A stretch of DNA of 64,000 bases from Takakia lepidozioides (Eukaryota; Plantae; Bryophyta). The stretch covers positions 24,924,001-24,988,000 of the forward strand of contig CM060731.1 in NCBI GenBank assembly GCA_030704615.1, given 5' to 3'. Within the stretch, counting starts at the first letter, position 1. Each line of letters starts with the position of its first letter. The notes under the pieces were generated by a model, which was not told the origin of the DNA, made no database searches, and was given only the letters and a program-made list of their open reading frames with translations. Shown piece after piece: positions 13,260-26,983 of the stretch. The position numbers were made by a program, and so were the translations under genes.

Positions 13260-15468
13260 ACTTGATACTGCGCGTTTGGGTTCTCACAGCATTTGGGATG
13301 TTTCACAATCTGCCTGGTTTGCGCTGCTTGGATCCTCAGACTTCAGAGCCCAAGAATTTCATCTGTGAAGCGTACGAGCTGTCCAATTTGTTTCTTCCTC
13401 TGCTACTTGGTGGCTCCTTAGTCGTCCAATCACATATGCACACAGGAACACGTGTAGTCATAAAGTAATAGCCAGAGAGAGAAGACTCCGGCCAAAGCCG
13501 GCGTAATAAAGTAATAGCCACATAGTCACATAGAGAACATGACCGGACGCTTCATCCATACATATCCATATCCATTTACTCTTTCTAACATTCATCCATT
13601 ATTGAAAGTCACACTAGTATGACATCTTGCATAATCGTAACCCGACACGTGTAATCATATAGTCAGTGGTGATGCACACCTTTTAGAATTTACGTCTTGG
13701 GTGTCCATCTAGCAATATAGTAGTTGGTCTCGAGTCTCGAGATATTGCATTCCATGTTGTGTATTATGGAATAAGTTAGGAAGTGGATTTGGTGCTCAAT
13801 TGAAGAAGAGGTGAAAAAAACTCCTGTGGACTTTCTATAGGTGCTTGCTGACGAGACATGAGACCCAAAAGTGTACATACCTGCTTGTCTTGAGCTCTAT
13901 CTTGCTACCTGAATCATCCAGAAATTTGAACCTTACAAATACATTCCCGAATACCACATTACAGAAAATACATTCCCGACTACCACATTCATCTACCCCT
14001 AGAAAATCAGGAAGATCCATCGTTGGAATGGATAGATTATAACAAAATACTATTGTGAATTTTTGAAGCCCACTCAAAAATTGCATGGCAAAAATGGTTT
14101 GACCATTAGTTGAAATTTCTGAGGCTCTCTCAAGGGACTCTCTCCCCAAAAAAGCAGACCAAAATTCTAAAAATACAAATAGGCTGAAATCTGGGGGGTA
14201 AATTATCATGGTTTGGCTTCTTACCCAAGTACAGCCATGACGTGGTATTCGTTTTATAATTCCTCTGCTAAGTAAGTGGCACACTAACATTACATAGGGC
14301 CTTGTCCAAAAAATTTGGCATTTTGATAAAAATCAGAGCCCTAGATGTTGTTTTCAAGATTCCTCATTTGGCCTGCCATGTAGGCAAGTCAACGCTAGAT
14401 TTCCAGACCTCGGGCACTTTGAAAAATTATAGGGAGCAGAGCTTTTAATATTTCAGGGCGCTTTAAATTCTCTCACTTTACCTTGGGACCCATTTCCATC
14501 CACTCACATCCACAAAAGGTGGATCGTCACAAACGACTGACGCGACCCAAATCGATTTGGGTCCAGTAGGCGTTTAGGGGTTCATGACTAGTTCTTCCCT
14601 CAGTTGAGAATAAAGAAGAGGTGAAAAAAAACTTTGAAATTAGCATTTTCGTCCATTGAGTTGGATTGCAACGTATATTGAGGTGGATTGAAGTACACAA
14701 TTGAAGAAGAGGTGAGAATAAGGGCCCCAGGGTTGGTTTGGGCGTGTGCGTGTCCCTTGGAACACATTTAAATTGCCAGTAGATGCTTAGATGCTTTGAA
14801 TATAAAGAAGATGTTAAAAAAAAAACTTTAAAATTGGATTTAGGGTTTCAGCTTGTGACTTTGCATTCAGTTGTTTATCATCATTCTCTTCACGTACTGG
14901 ATTTTCTTTGACATGTTCTTGTTCCATTATGTCATGTTTGGTTTTGTGTAGCATGATTATTATTTGTGAATGACTTCTGCAAAATATTTCTTGTTTCGAA
15001 CTTCACAATATTTTGTTGTTCATTTTCTTCAAGTTTTCAGATTTGACTCTAAGTCGTGAAGCTCACTTTGGCGATGGAAGTTTAGATTCAAAGGACAAAA
15101 TTTACACTTGGTTTCTACTTATAGTGAACAATAGATTTCTGTCTAATAGTTATATTGTAAATAGATAGACAAACAGTTATCTAACAAGTATAATTTTAAT
15201 TTTTTTTAAGGGAATTTTATTCCTAATTATTGTGGGGGGAAACATTAAAACCCCTGATACACCAGAAGGCACACACACTGTGTGATCAGTGAAAAAGTGA
15301 ACCGGCCCCTCGCAGAGGTAGGTATAATTATATTTAAAAATTAAATTAAATTAAAGTCAAAGTAATTTGTAGCTAATCTGGACCAAACTTAAGTCCAGCT
15401 TTAGTGAAAATTGGGTTTTCCCTCCAATCCTGGTAGCAGATTTGATAAAATCTGCAGCTACAGCCAGG

Positions 15469-18392
15469 CTACACCTCTGCCTCGAGAGTCTTCCCGACAT
15501 CAATCACAAATCGATACTTGACATCAGATTTCACAAGTCTTTCCATGGCCTCGTTGACATACGACATGCGGATCTTCTCAATCATGCACGTAATATTGTG
15601 CTCCCCACAAAAGTCCAGCATATCTTGAGTCTCTTCCACTCCTCCGATCATACTGCCCGCCACGAACCGTCGCCCTGCATTTTCGACATTCAGGCTCAGC
15701 ATGAAACTCGCTGTAACTTAGGGCCACTGCCACACCAGTAACATTTGGCATCTTTCTAAGTTCAACGTGGTCAGTGGCCACTCTTCAAACTTAGAGACTT
15801 GTAGACTAGTATCAAATCTCTACATAGTGAAGCTTGAAGCCAAATATTTTCAAAAAATGGCAGTCCTCGGTCCTGTGCATTCTCAAGGAACATGAGCTTG
15901 CTTCCGTGACTATACTTGCACGACCTTAATGCTATGGATATTTTCGTCTGGAAGTAACTGTGGCGGTTAATTGCTACGTGACAAATAATCCGAAGAACCC
16001 TCTCTCGTACAAAGCCAGATTGCAGCTTTAGGACTTACCAAAAATGATTGAACCGGGGGTGATTTCCAGCTTTTTCTCAGGGACACCAACCAAGACAAGC
16101 TTGCCATTCGTCTTTAGCAGACTGAGATACGTATCCAAGCAGTGAAAACTTGACACTGTATCCATTATGTAGTCAATCGTCTTTTGTGCAGCCTGCGCAC
16201 ATTCAGCCACCCCAGGAATGTCGCAATCAATACCCAAATGTATATTGACCTAGAAATGATCTGGACATGGTTTGAAATAGATTGTGTACACATATACTAC
16301 ACAGAGAATTTTAATTTTACCATTTTGTGGTCACAGTATCATGGCTTGTATGTCCTTTTATCCATTTTCGGCTTCCTTTGTTGAAGGTTTGTATCAGAAC
16401 AAAAGAGTTGAGTATTGAATTGGGCGTATGTTTCCCCCTTTAGTATCACTATGGCTTCCTTTGTTGGAGACTTGTATCAATAAAGATATCAAAATCCTAG
16501 TGAATTCATGAATTGACAAAATTATACAATATGTCCCACAACCCCCACTCCAACTTGCATGCACTGCTGTGCACCACTTCAACTTGCAGCACTGTGCGAA
16601 CCCCCTTTTCCTCAGCATAAGACTTACCTTCATTTTCTTTTCATCCTTGCTGACAATAAAATCATCAGCTCCAAGAATCTCCCGAGCCTCCTTCTCTTTG
16701 CTGGGGGAGGTGCTAAAGACAGTAACCTTCAAACCAAACGCCTTGGCAAACTTCACTGCCATGTGCCCCAGGCCACCCAACCCGATCACTCCGAAGTGCT
16801 TGCCCTTCGTAGTCATCCCAAAGTGCTTCATAGGGCTCCAAACCGTTATGCCTGCACATAGCAGGGGTGCTGCTCCATCCATAGGCAAGTTCTCAGGGAT
16901 CCGCAACACAAACCTGGCAAATCGGGCACACGTGTATGATTGTCAGACTATGTAAGGGCTATCGTCCAGATCTAGATAGTTTGATTTGTCCAGGCTAGTA
17001 CCTTTGAGAGTGATTTTATGTACTGAGAACCCTGCTATCTGCAGATGATTACATCTGTGGATTACAACCCTCAGCACTTAGATATCTCACCACATGACAG
17101 CCAAAGAACAGGTCAAGGCGGGCAAAAGCATTTTTACTTAAAAATAGATCGGATTGTAACCATTAGCTGGCAGCTCAATTCAAGCGTATCCAAAGACGTA
17201 CTTTTGGTCACAAACCATAATCCCACAGTAGCCACCCTGGGTGAGGGAACCATCGTTGTCAATGGAGTTGTAGGTAAACACCACTTTGTCGCAGTACTGC
17301 TCTAATCCCTGCTCGCACGACTCACAGGCCTGGCAGGATCGCACCATGGCACCCACTCCAACGCTCTGGCCCACCTTAAAGCTTTCCACCTTTGAGCCCA
17401 CTTCAGTGACAACTCCAACAATTTCATGCCTGTGATCATCCACTTCAGAGCTGTCAGACTCAGATCGACAAATTCTTTGGTTATACTTTTTGCATTCATG
17501 GCTTTCTTCCCATCGGATATTCAGACCTGTAGTACAGATTCAGCTGTTGTACACAGCCTGTAGAAGTTTTAGTTAGGTTTCACCAAACTCAAAACAAGCT
17601 AGGAACCACAGAAGTTGGCATTAATAAGTGTGCCAATGACACTCCGAGGGTCACAAAGGTTTGCTTTCAAAACTGTACATCATCCCTTCCTGGCCGGTAC
17701 TCTACCCAAAAGATGTACTTGGCTAGGCATTATAACAGATACAGTGGAGAGACAGTGTGGACCAGATTGCACCTCACCCTGGAACCATGGGGTAGTTCGA
17801 ATCGAGCCACTCATTCCGGATTTTATGCAGATCAGAATGGCAAATTCCGCAGTAGAGGACCTTGAATGTCACATCCTCGGGACCTGTTGGCCTGCATCAG
17901 AATCACATTCGCGCACGGTAAACCTAATAAATAGCGTAAGGAAGCAGCCACGGGTCTTCTATTGAGGCTTGAGCAGGGTGGTCAACATGTATTAGTCTAG
18001 TAATTCCTGTCATTCAAAAAATTCTATCTAGAGAAGTCTCCAGACATGGCATTAGTTGCCAATAACAAGCTGCACTCATCGAACAAGGTCCTGGCACCTA
18101 TGAATTTACAGCATTTGCTGTTGCTCGTGACAACTGACCAATTCTACGACCAGAACAGGATATTGAAAAAGTGCCTCAAACTCAGAACTTGAGCAACGAG
18201 AAAAATAATCGAGCGGGCTTCAATCCGTACGACCAACACGAAAAGGAGAAAAGATTTTAAAATTTCTATGCATGCAAATGAAATGTTCTGCAGATGGTCA
18301 TCCCACCTGCGCGAGAATTTGAAGGGTGCAAGGGTTCCTGTGGTATCCGTTGCAGCCCAGCCAAACACTTGGCGGCCTGAAGCTTCCCCCAT
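15469..18392 (-). CDS. CAD: Cinnamyl alcohol dehydrogenase family (Zn-dependent MDR), 6 exons, 357 aa
   Basis: Exons 18307-18392, 17778-17891, 17202-17429, 16628-16913, 16039-16192 and 15469-15674 have GT-AG boundaries and sum to 1074 nt in frame. Motifs: [29 protein letters not shown] (structural Zn), GLGGLG, YRFVIDV. Confidence 0.95.
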
Positions 18393-18676
18393 CTTTCTTT
18401 ACCGTTAAGAATTGTTCTGCAAAACTCAGAAACTCGTACGAACACGTCAGAACTCAAGTACAGATGTTTCTGTTTGAGAGAAGTCGACTTGAATGTCAGA
18501 CTGCACATTAATTTTAGCAAAGGCAAGAAATGTGTGTGCGTGGTCCAAGCACGCGGTAGAGCTTCACATATGAAACAACATGGGACTTAATTATCAAACT
18601 CCGAACCATCAGCAGAGAGAGAGCTCGGACCAGTACTTGTTAAATAGAGAGTCTTTGGAGACTCTTCTGCCATCAG

Positions 18677-18702
18677 CAGAGAGAGAGAGAGAGAGAGAGA
18701 GA
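18677..18702. repeat. (GA)n microsatellite upstream of CAD
   Basis: Run of about 12 GA units seen directly. Confidence 0.85.
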
Positions 18703-19144
18703 GGTCGGACCAGTACATGAAAATATTAGTCCTGAAACCTCTTGCTGGGGAGAGAGAAGGTATAATTAATACCGGTCTCAGTGGTCTCAGATTGCTTCTC
18801 CACCCTGCAACAAGTACCAGCCTGGGACTTCTCAAAGCTCCAGTGCAGCCGACCTCCCAGAAACGCAATCAACTGCAGAAATGAATTCCTTTGAACTGTG
18901 TTGCTCAGGATTATATACGGGCGTCCGTTGTGCTGATCGCCCTATTTCCTAACCCGCCCTTCCACCTGCCGTCAGACCCGCCACGTCATCGCAGACGATG
19001 GATACGTGGTGATCAAGCTACTCGGAGCAGGCAGTCCTGTGTTCATACCTAGCACGGCCTCTCGTTGAGGCTGCCAAATGTTAGCCTAAACTTTACGTAT
19101 TATGAGAGCTCGGCTAGGGTCAATTCGTCAATTCCATCCCCTCA

Positions 19145-21674
19145 GGTGCGGGTCGCCACGTTATTGATTTTACCGCTAGAAGGGGCTCCCCCAGACCCTT
19201 AAATGGAGCCTAGCTGCGCCTTCCGTAGCGTTAACAGCATGTACGGGATTGTTTGCCCCTCATTTCCCCGATGTTTCTCGGCTGTCTTCCATGATCATGG
19301 TTTTCTTTTTATTTTACTGCTGATTCACCTATTTGGCATTCTCCGATCCTCGGCAGACTGTCCCAGACAGTGTTTTTCTTTTCAAATTTGGAAAATAACA
19401 GGAGTGGCTACTGAGTTTTGCAGGAAATAGCCATATTTTCTGTTCATCCACTGAAATTTCGACAGAACCTCTGTACTTTCATCCATGTATATCATCCATA
19501 ATAGGCGAATTCATCCTCAGTTTATTTTGGCGATTTCATCCAAGAGAAAATAGTCAGAATATATTTATTTACTTTCTTTTTTCTTTCTTTTTTGAGGTCG
19601 AAAAAGTGCGAAATTTCGCCAGAAGGGTCCCAGATCACCGAGGCTTAGTGCCGTGGCTGCCCCTCCCACCGCCAGCTGCGCCACGTGCTCAATGCCACGC
19701 TGGCGCACAAGCCCTCCTGCGACTGCCCTCCTCCGCGCCTCTCCGCGCCACGCTGGCGCACAAGCTACGAGCACGCCAATGCTACCGGGCCGCTCTCCCA
19801 TATCCGCTACGGCCATATACCTATCTTACAACTGTATGTGGTAAGTGTTTTTTTTTTTTTTTTTGTATGTACATATATACATTGTTTTTTGAAATGGAAA
19901 TACCTGGGAGCTACCGCTCACAAATCAGGCCCCATAACATATAGATATCATAGATATATGAATAGAGATATAGTTATAGTATGTTAACATTGTAATGATT
20001 ATAGTGAATTATAATGTGAACATTTGATGAATATAAAAATATAAAATATTTATCAAAAATATTATGAGACAAAAATGAGAAATGACATACAAAATTTAGA
20101 TACATGTACATTAGTTATTACATTCTTCTATTTTAAAGTATCATCAACTTATTTTATTATGGAGCTTGATGTATTTTAGTAATATGATTATTATTTAGTA
20201 TGAACTTTATATACATGAGTAATGTTATACGATTGATGTTTTTATATCATGTTTATGTATCATTCAACTTGTTTTTGTTTTGTTTTCAAATGACTGTGAA
20301 AGAAAGATCTGACATGATGTTTTGATGTATAAGATATATATTTGATATTAGGCCATACACTTCTACTGCTACGTATGAAATATCAACATCAAATGTAATA
20401 GTTAAATGACACTCATAAACTCTTTTTCCGACTCTTTTTCATATGTGTATGGCTACATGTACGAAGATTTATCATACATTTTGTTGAAATTATATGTCAT
20501 GTAATGTAACACTAGCCCACTTAAATGACACTCCTAAACCCAATTTTACAATAGTTTATGTATGCATATGGTGAGGTATATGAGAAATGTGCTATACACT
20601 TTTGCTAATATGTATGAAATACCAACATGTAACGTAGCATCAGCCCACTTAAATTTAGGCACTTACAAGTCAATTTTGCATATTTTTCATATTTGTATGG
20701 CTCATTATGTGAAAAATGTGCAATACATTTTCGTTAATAAATCTGAAATATCTACATCAATCCCTAACAGTACCAACTTATTTACATGATATTACTAAAC
20801 TTACAGAATCTAAAATTTCTCTAGTTAAGTTAAAAGTCATTTGAAAACAAAACAAAACACATTCAACTATACATGAACAAGATATAATAATATTTCTCAT
20901 GTATATCAAGTTCATATTATTCATCGTACTATTAGTCATATTACAAGTTCGTCATTACAACATACTTTAAAATGGAAGAATGTAGTACAATTCGTCCATC
21001 ATTTATATTTTGTGTGTCATCTCTTATTATATCTTCAAACTTAGTCATAATATATGGCACCATATTCTTAAACTTGAAACCCAACCATTGTGTAATACCT
21101 ACTACAAAACCAAGAAAAAGATAAAAGAAAAAAAACACTTACATATGGTATTCCTAAGATATATATGTAATGTACTAATTTTCTATAATTTGCCATAGAC
21201 TCTCTTAAAAAGTATTGCTCAACCTGTTTTTAACCATACACTTTTGAGAGGAGATGGGAGAGCCTTTAGCCCTAGTGCCCTTGGTAAAGTGTGCCCAGGG
21301 GGCTTGTGCGCCTACGTGGCGCTGATTGGCGCAGGAGGGCGGCGACTTGTGCGCCAGCGTGGCGTAAAGGACATGCGCAGGGGGTAGGTGGGAGGCAGGG
21401 CATCCATGGCAGTTTCCCTCAATGATCTCGGACAGTGTGCCGAGGGTCGGTGAGTGCCACGTCGATGAATCAGCCGTAAAGCAAAAAGAAAACCATGATC
21501 TCAAGACAATATGAAACAACATGGAAGACAAAGTTGAACTGAGAAACATCGGGGAAATGAGGGCGCAATAATCTCGTACATGTTGTTAACGCTATGCAAG
21601 GCGCAGCTAGGATCCATTTAAGGGTATGGAGGAGCCCCTTGGGCAGGTCGTAGGCGGGGCAGCCGCGGGGCACT
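19145..21674. mobile_element. Non-autonomous Mutator-like / foldback DNA transposon
   Basis: Long imperfect inverted repeats at ~19180-19310 and ~21485-21640. Inner inverted GCCACGCTGGCGCACAAG motifs at ~19695-19765 and ~21345-21363. AT-rich non-coding core. 9-bp direct repeat ATCCCCTCA at 19136-19144 and 21675-21683. Confidence 0.7.
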
Positions 21675-22930
21675 ATCCCCTCACTGTCTAGACTTTGGAC
21701 ATAGTGCCCAGGCTTGCCCATGCTTTATCTAATAGACCTACAGTCAACCCTGGGTAAATGTTACATGTTTTTCTGTTATATCATCATAAATGTTATGATT
21801 TTCTTACTCTGTAAAAATATATACTAAGAATAATAAAAAGAGTGTTATTTGTTATTTGTTATTAATGAATACCTACTCTCCTCTTTGTTAAAACACCTCT
21901 GTAATTGTTACATACACCTCTAAACTAGTTGGATCATATAAGGAGTTTTTATAGGATGTGAATAAGGCATGAGATACGCGGAGGCCTTGCCATTGTTTTA
22001 CTGATATGAAGTTTTATGGAATGATGTTATGGCTAATAATAATGTATCTTAATTTTGAAGTGATTATGAATGATTTTAAAATGAAACGTTGTGTATTTAA
22101 ATATGATGTAATTTTTCAAAATGAAAAATCACGGGACATAAAATGATTGACAAAGTCGAGAAGTTTGAAAGCTAAATAAATTAGTTTGTGATCTGTCCAA
22201 TACGCTTTAGAGGATCCACATTTACATTTACATGGAGATATAATTGTATTTGTCCAAATATGATCTAATTGAGATTGATAAGCAGTTTGAGAACGATTGG
22301 CTATAGCTGCAGGTTACTCTAGTTACCTTCATGGATATGTGTTATCCTTGCCACCCTTCTTCTCTGGTTCCTTTCTTCTCTGGTCCCTCTCTACTCTACT
22401 TCTTATCTTCTTAGTGGTTTGTGGTTCGGAGTGGTACCTCATTCATCAGCCTTATGGCTATCTTTGTAAGGTTATTTTCCTTACCTTCTTAATAAAGCTT
22501 TCAGGGCCACTGTCCCTTGTTCTCACCCACCAAAAAAAAAAAACGATTGTGAAAACCTTTAATATAAAGACATATATTACATCTGCCACATTACTCCATT
22601 TATAAATATGAACTATGTATGCATGTCTTGTCAATCATTTTATTACGTCATATATATACCTCAATTCATATGTTAAAGTTAATTTAATTCAATTTAATGG
22701 AATGATGGTTAATGAAATTTATTCAGTAATGCTTACATTACTTCATCCAACAACCAACTTTGGCAACACCCAATACGCATATAAGCCACAAAATGTCGCA
22801 TATGGACATGTTCCCATTTTAAATACATATAAGTTCCCAATATCTTTCATGGGAACAACCCATGATATAAGGTTAAGGGCCATTTTATCATGTAGTCCCT
22901 ACCCTTAGAAAAAAGCAGGGCCAATAAATC

Positions 22931-24014
22931 TTTCAATGTAGGTAACGTCCAGTATGTGAGTTGTAGGCCATGTTGTATCGTCATTGTCCATTCGCCACTC
23001 AAGTGCTCAGAAACTCAATCGTAGCAAATCCAGATCCCAACAACCCCTTTTGTAGCAAAATTAGGGTTCCTCCATCTAGTGTTGGGCAATGTACTGAGTT
23101 CTTGTCTGCATTTATTTTTATCTATCTAAATAGCTCACAGATAACAGAAGCAAACAACCAGGCGTTGGATGTGAGAATCCCAGGTGTTGTTATGCCAAGT
23201 TAAGAATATTTCTCAACTTGACTGAGTTTAGTTCTAATGGTAGCAGTACGTTGACTACATTTCATTTCCCTTGTAGATCACATCTGCCAGTACATACCAC
23301 GATTCCTGTGGAACCAACATGGTACGTGCATATAATCAAAAAGAAATTTAGACCAGAGTTGGTAGCAACATTGCAGCTGTGAATGTAAGGAGATCCAGAC
23401 ACCTCATGTGGAAGAAGTGAAGAAAGAAATACATGGGCAAGCTGAGCGACAGTGAGAGAAGGACACATCTTGGCGACATAATTGAATTTAGGTTGCCCCT
23501 CGTAAACGGACGTATACTTTCTCCACCTCCATCGCCTATGTTGACTCAAATTTCACTCACTTCTGCTACCTCTCCCATCCCCTACCTTCTTACAAGAATC
23601 TTAGCCTCCCCTTGCCCAAGGACTGCATCCACCACGTCTGGATTTGTCACGCCCGCATCGTCGTTCACGCACAAATCGTACCAAAAAATTTGTCCATCCT
23701 TCCAAGCAATTCCATCTGTTTTTCGGTAGACATCACCTTAATGTGACCATATGGAACTTGCGACTACCTAATGAAAACAAGCATCTATTGCTTAGAAATC
23801 TAACATTGTGAATTATGCTTGCCTTGTCGGCCCCTCAGTTTCACCTTGTAACACCCTTAATGGACTGCTCCAACCCAAATGATATAAGCTCATCAATCAC
23901 TGACTGAGAAGAAAAATACGTCAAAGTCATGTGAGACATTGATGCTCTTGTGATCAATTTCAGCCCGATTGTCCATCTTATTGCTTTTGGTATCCATATC
24001 TTTGTATTTTCCTC
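22931..24014. repeat. Dispersed duplicated degenerate fragment, copy 2 (lacks ~330 bp present in copy 1)
   Basis: Same orientation as 11854-13259; the segment corresponding to ~11955-12300 is missing or replaced. Confidence 0.85.
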
Positions 24015-26983
24015 GCTGAGTGTACAAACTGTTAAGTTTGTTTTTTCCTCTGTTACTTTGTAAAATAAAAGTTGTGGAACACAGTTAGGCCCCGGCTACA
24101 CCGGGCTGGTAACACATGTTAGGCTACTACTAACTACTGCTAGCTACAAATTTTCGGCCGCACTGACCTGCTCTAAATATTTTAGCACTAACTACTGCTA
24201 TCTATCCTAAAATAATCCTTCCTAGTTTAGAGCGAATTTAACAGTACCCCCTCCCCCCCCACCCTAGTGCTAAATCTAAACTGGCGGGCGATTTTTGGGT
24301 AGTTGCCCGCGCAAATTTCACATTTCGCCATCTCCGTGCGTTTCGCCATCTCCGTGCGTTTCACCATCTCTTTCGCGCTTCGCGTTTTGCTTTTTGCTTT
24401 TGCTATTCGTAGTTCGTTGTCCTTGTAGTTTCATCTTCCTTCTTCAGCTATAGCTCCTTCTCTCTTGCTTTGATTTTTTCTTTTTTCTTGCTCTGTAGTT
24501 CCTTCTCTTGGTAATTTCTTCTTCATTCTTTAGCTGTAGCTCGGTGCTCCTTCTGTCGTGTTTTGCTTTTCGTTGCACTCCTGGATCATGTTCACAACAA
24601 CGGGGTCAGGATCAGATAATGTAGGAGATGTTGTGGAATCACACATGGAAGAGCTCGCGACCGAGAGTCACCTTAGGAAGAGATCGAAAGTTGGGAAGTG
24701 GCAGAGACTCACAGCTGGTCGGAGCATGAATTGCGCTGGCAAAGAAACAGGAATGGGAGGCTTGGAAAGCATTCAGTGCCAGGGGAAATATGGTGGTTGA
24801 CAAGGTGAAATGGGAGAGGTCATTTGATTTATGAAGAGCCAAGGTGTGAGCGGTTGGGACATGGCAATTGCATCAATAAGTGGAACCTAATCACGAAGAC
24901 CTAATCATGTTTGTTCATCAGTTATTTCTCAACACAGTAGCATTTTTACTGATAGCTTTTGGAGACCAATAGTGATAGATTTTGGAGACCAATAGTCACA
25001 GTGTTATTATTAATTTTATATCATTTATTTCTGTTTTTAATGACCATGGTATAATAAGTTGTAATATTTTCTTAACACTGATAATCATTTTTGTTCAATA
25101 GTTATTTCTCAACGCAATAGCATTTTTATTGATGCTTTTGGAGACCAATAGTCACAGTTTTAGTGGATTATTTATCTTGGTCCCAATGTTGTGACTTCTT
25201 TGGATATGGAAAGAGAGAGACAATATGGTAATCATGTCAAAGAGTTGTCCAATCCTAGATCAATTAGATATATTCCTAGAAAATGGGGTCCCTAATAACC
25301 ACTCACCAATTACCATTCACCAATAGTGTCCTATGCAACTTCCTATGTACTCCACCTTTTGTACACTGCCACCAACTATTCCCCTTCTAATTGTTCTGAA
25401 GCATTGTTGCTCCAATTGTTGTCGGAGCTGTCACTTGAAGATTCCTTATGATCATCATGTGGAATGTCCACAAACTCAGCAACGAAACGTTTCAGACCTT
25501 TCTCATTGGCTCCTCGGGAGCAGGGTCTCTACCAACACGCTTTGCCTGCAAAAAACAAATAATAGTCAAATGTCTTTTGCTCCTTTCCGTTTGGCAGACC
25601 AAACATGTCTACATGTAAATTAATTGCAAACTGGCCTCTTATTTGATTTCTTCTTTTTTAAAATTTTGGTGCATCATTTGTGTTGAGCTCTAAGGATGGG
25701 CTGATCCTCTTGTTCCTCATGAAAGTTATCACCTTTATTCCCCTCTACCCCAACTGTGCGTGTGGGCTTTATGTAGCAGGCTGCAAACATACATTTTGAC
25801 ATTTTTATGCAAGCTATTTGTGTTGGTCTGACATTAAATAGTAACATCCAAAATACCTTCCATTCAAATCATCTTCACTACTAATTACTAACTACCTCTA
25901 CTAAATACCTTGAGGTATGCATCACAAACAACAAAAAAGACAATGAATCAATGCCAGCAATGGAGGAAAATCATCAAGATTAATGAATCTGGATAAAATG
26001 GAACACACATATCATTCCTAAGCCTCTCCTCAAACGATTGAAGATTTCTATACTTGCATAGGGGTTTCATATGTGCTTTTTGTAAGCTTTATCGACAGAA
26101 GTCATTGGCCCTCCATCTTGAACACTGATGTAGTTTTGATATCTTTTTAAGTGGTTCTAATGGCTCACTCCACAATGTTGTAAGTTCCCTATAACATTTG
26201 CAAGAGATGCAGCTCTTCAAGGGGAACAAGCTCTTGTACCTATCTGCAGCCCTATCAACTTTGTGTATGCATGACACAACTTCTTGACTGAACTTCCTTT
26301 CATAGGGTAGCACAAATGAACTCATGCATTCACAACCCCTAAATGACACGACCCACTCAAATGGTAAACTCACAATCTTCACTCACTCCTCAAACTTGCA
26401 AACTTGCAGAGTAGGCTTGGCCATCTGCACCTGAGCTTCAAGTCGTTGCAGAGAGAGCAGAGGCATCTCACTGTGAAGAGGAGAACCACGGAGCCCTATC
26501 CACAATTGATCTCAAGAGATATTTTGGATATTACATTGGATACACAATTTGGATACTTTGGATGAAAATGAAAAAACCAATCAAACTTGTACCAAGTCAA
26601 ATGACAACTAACCAGTTCGTGGAACCTTCAAGCTCGATAACGGCTTCAACCCGCCTGTACACTGCTGCAAGAACCTCCAAGGTTTTTCACAGCTTGTACC
26701 GTTCAAGAAGCAATGTGCATGGAGGTTTCAGAGAGTTTTTAAATAAGAGAACCAGAGAGTATGACTGGAGAGGAGGACTGGATGAGGAGCAGGAAGCTAC
26801 CCTATTTGCTGCACACCCAGAGTGGGAGCAGGTTGCAGAGATGCGGCTGGAAAGCCTAAGTTGTTTGAGAGGTATCTGCTGTGGTGTAGTGACAGCAACA
26901 CCAACTGAAGAGGAAACCAACATTTACCCATCACATTTCTATGAAGAAAGAGAAGGATAGAAATCCTAGAAGAACCAGCCACT

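Noticed and set aside
13500-15250. Repeated gaagaggtgaaaaaaa motifs, possible old TE
   Set aside because: No termini, TSD or coding remnant identified.
11854-24014. LTR retrotransposon that captured CAD
   Set aside because: The direct repeats lack LTR termini, PBS, PPT and TSD, and CAD retains its introns.
24080-26750. Possible decayed TE or gene (18-bp triple repeat at ~24323-24370, repeated ttttggagaccaatagt, broken minus-strand frames)
   Set aside because: No recognisable domain or termini to support a call.
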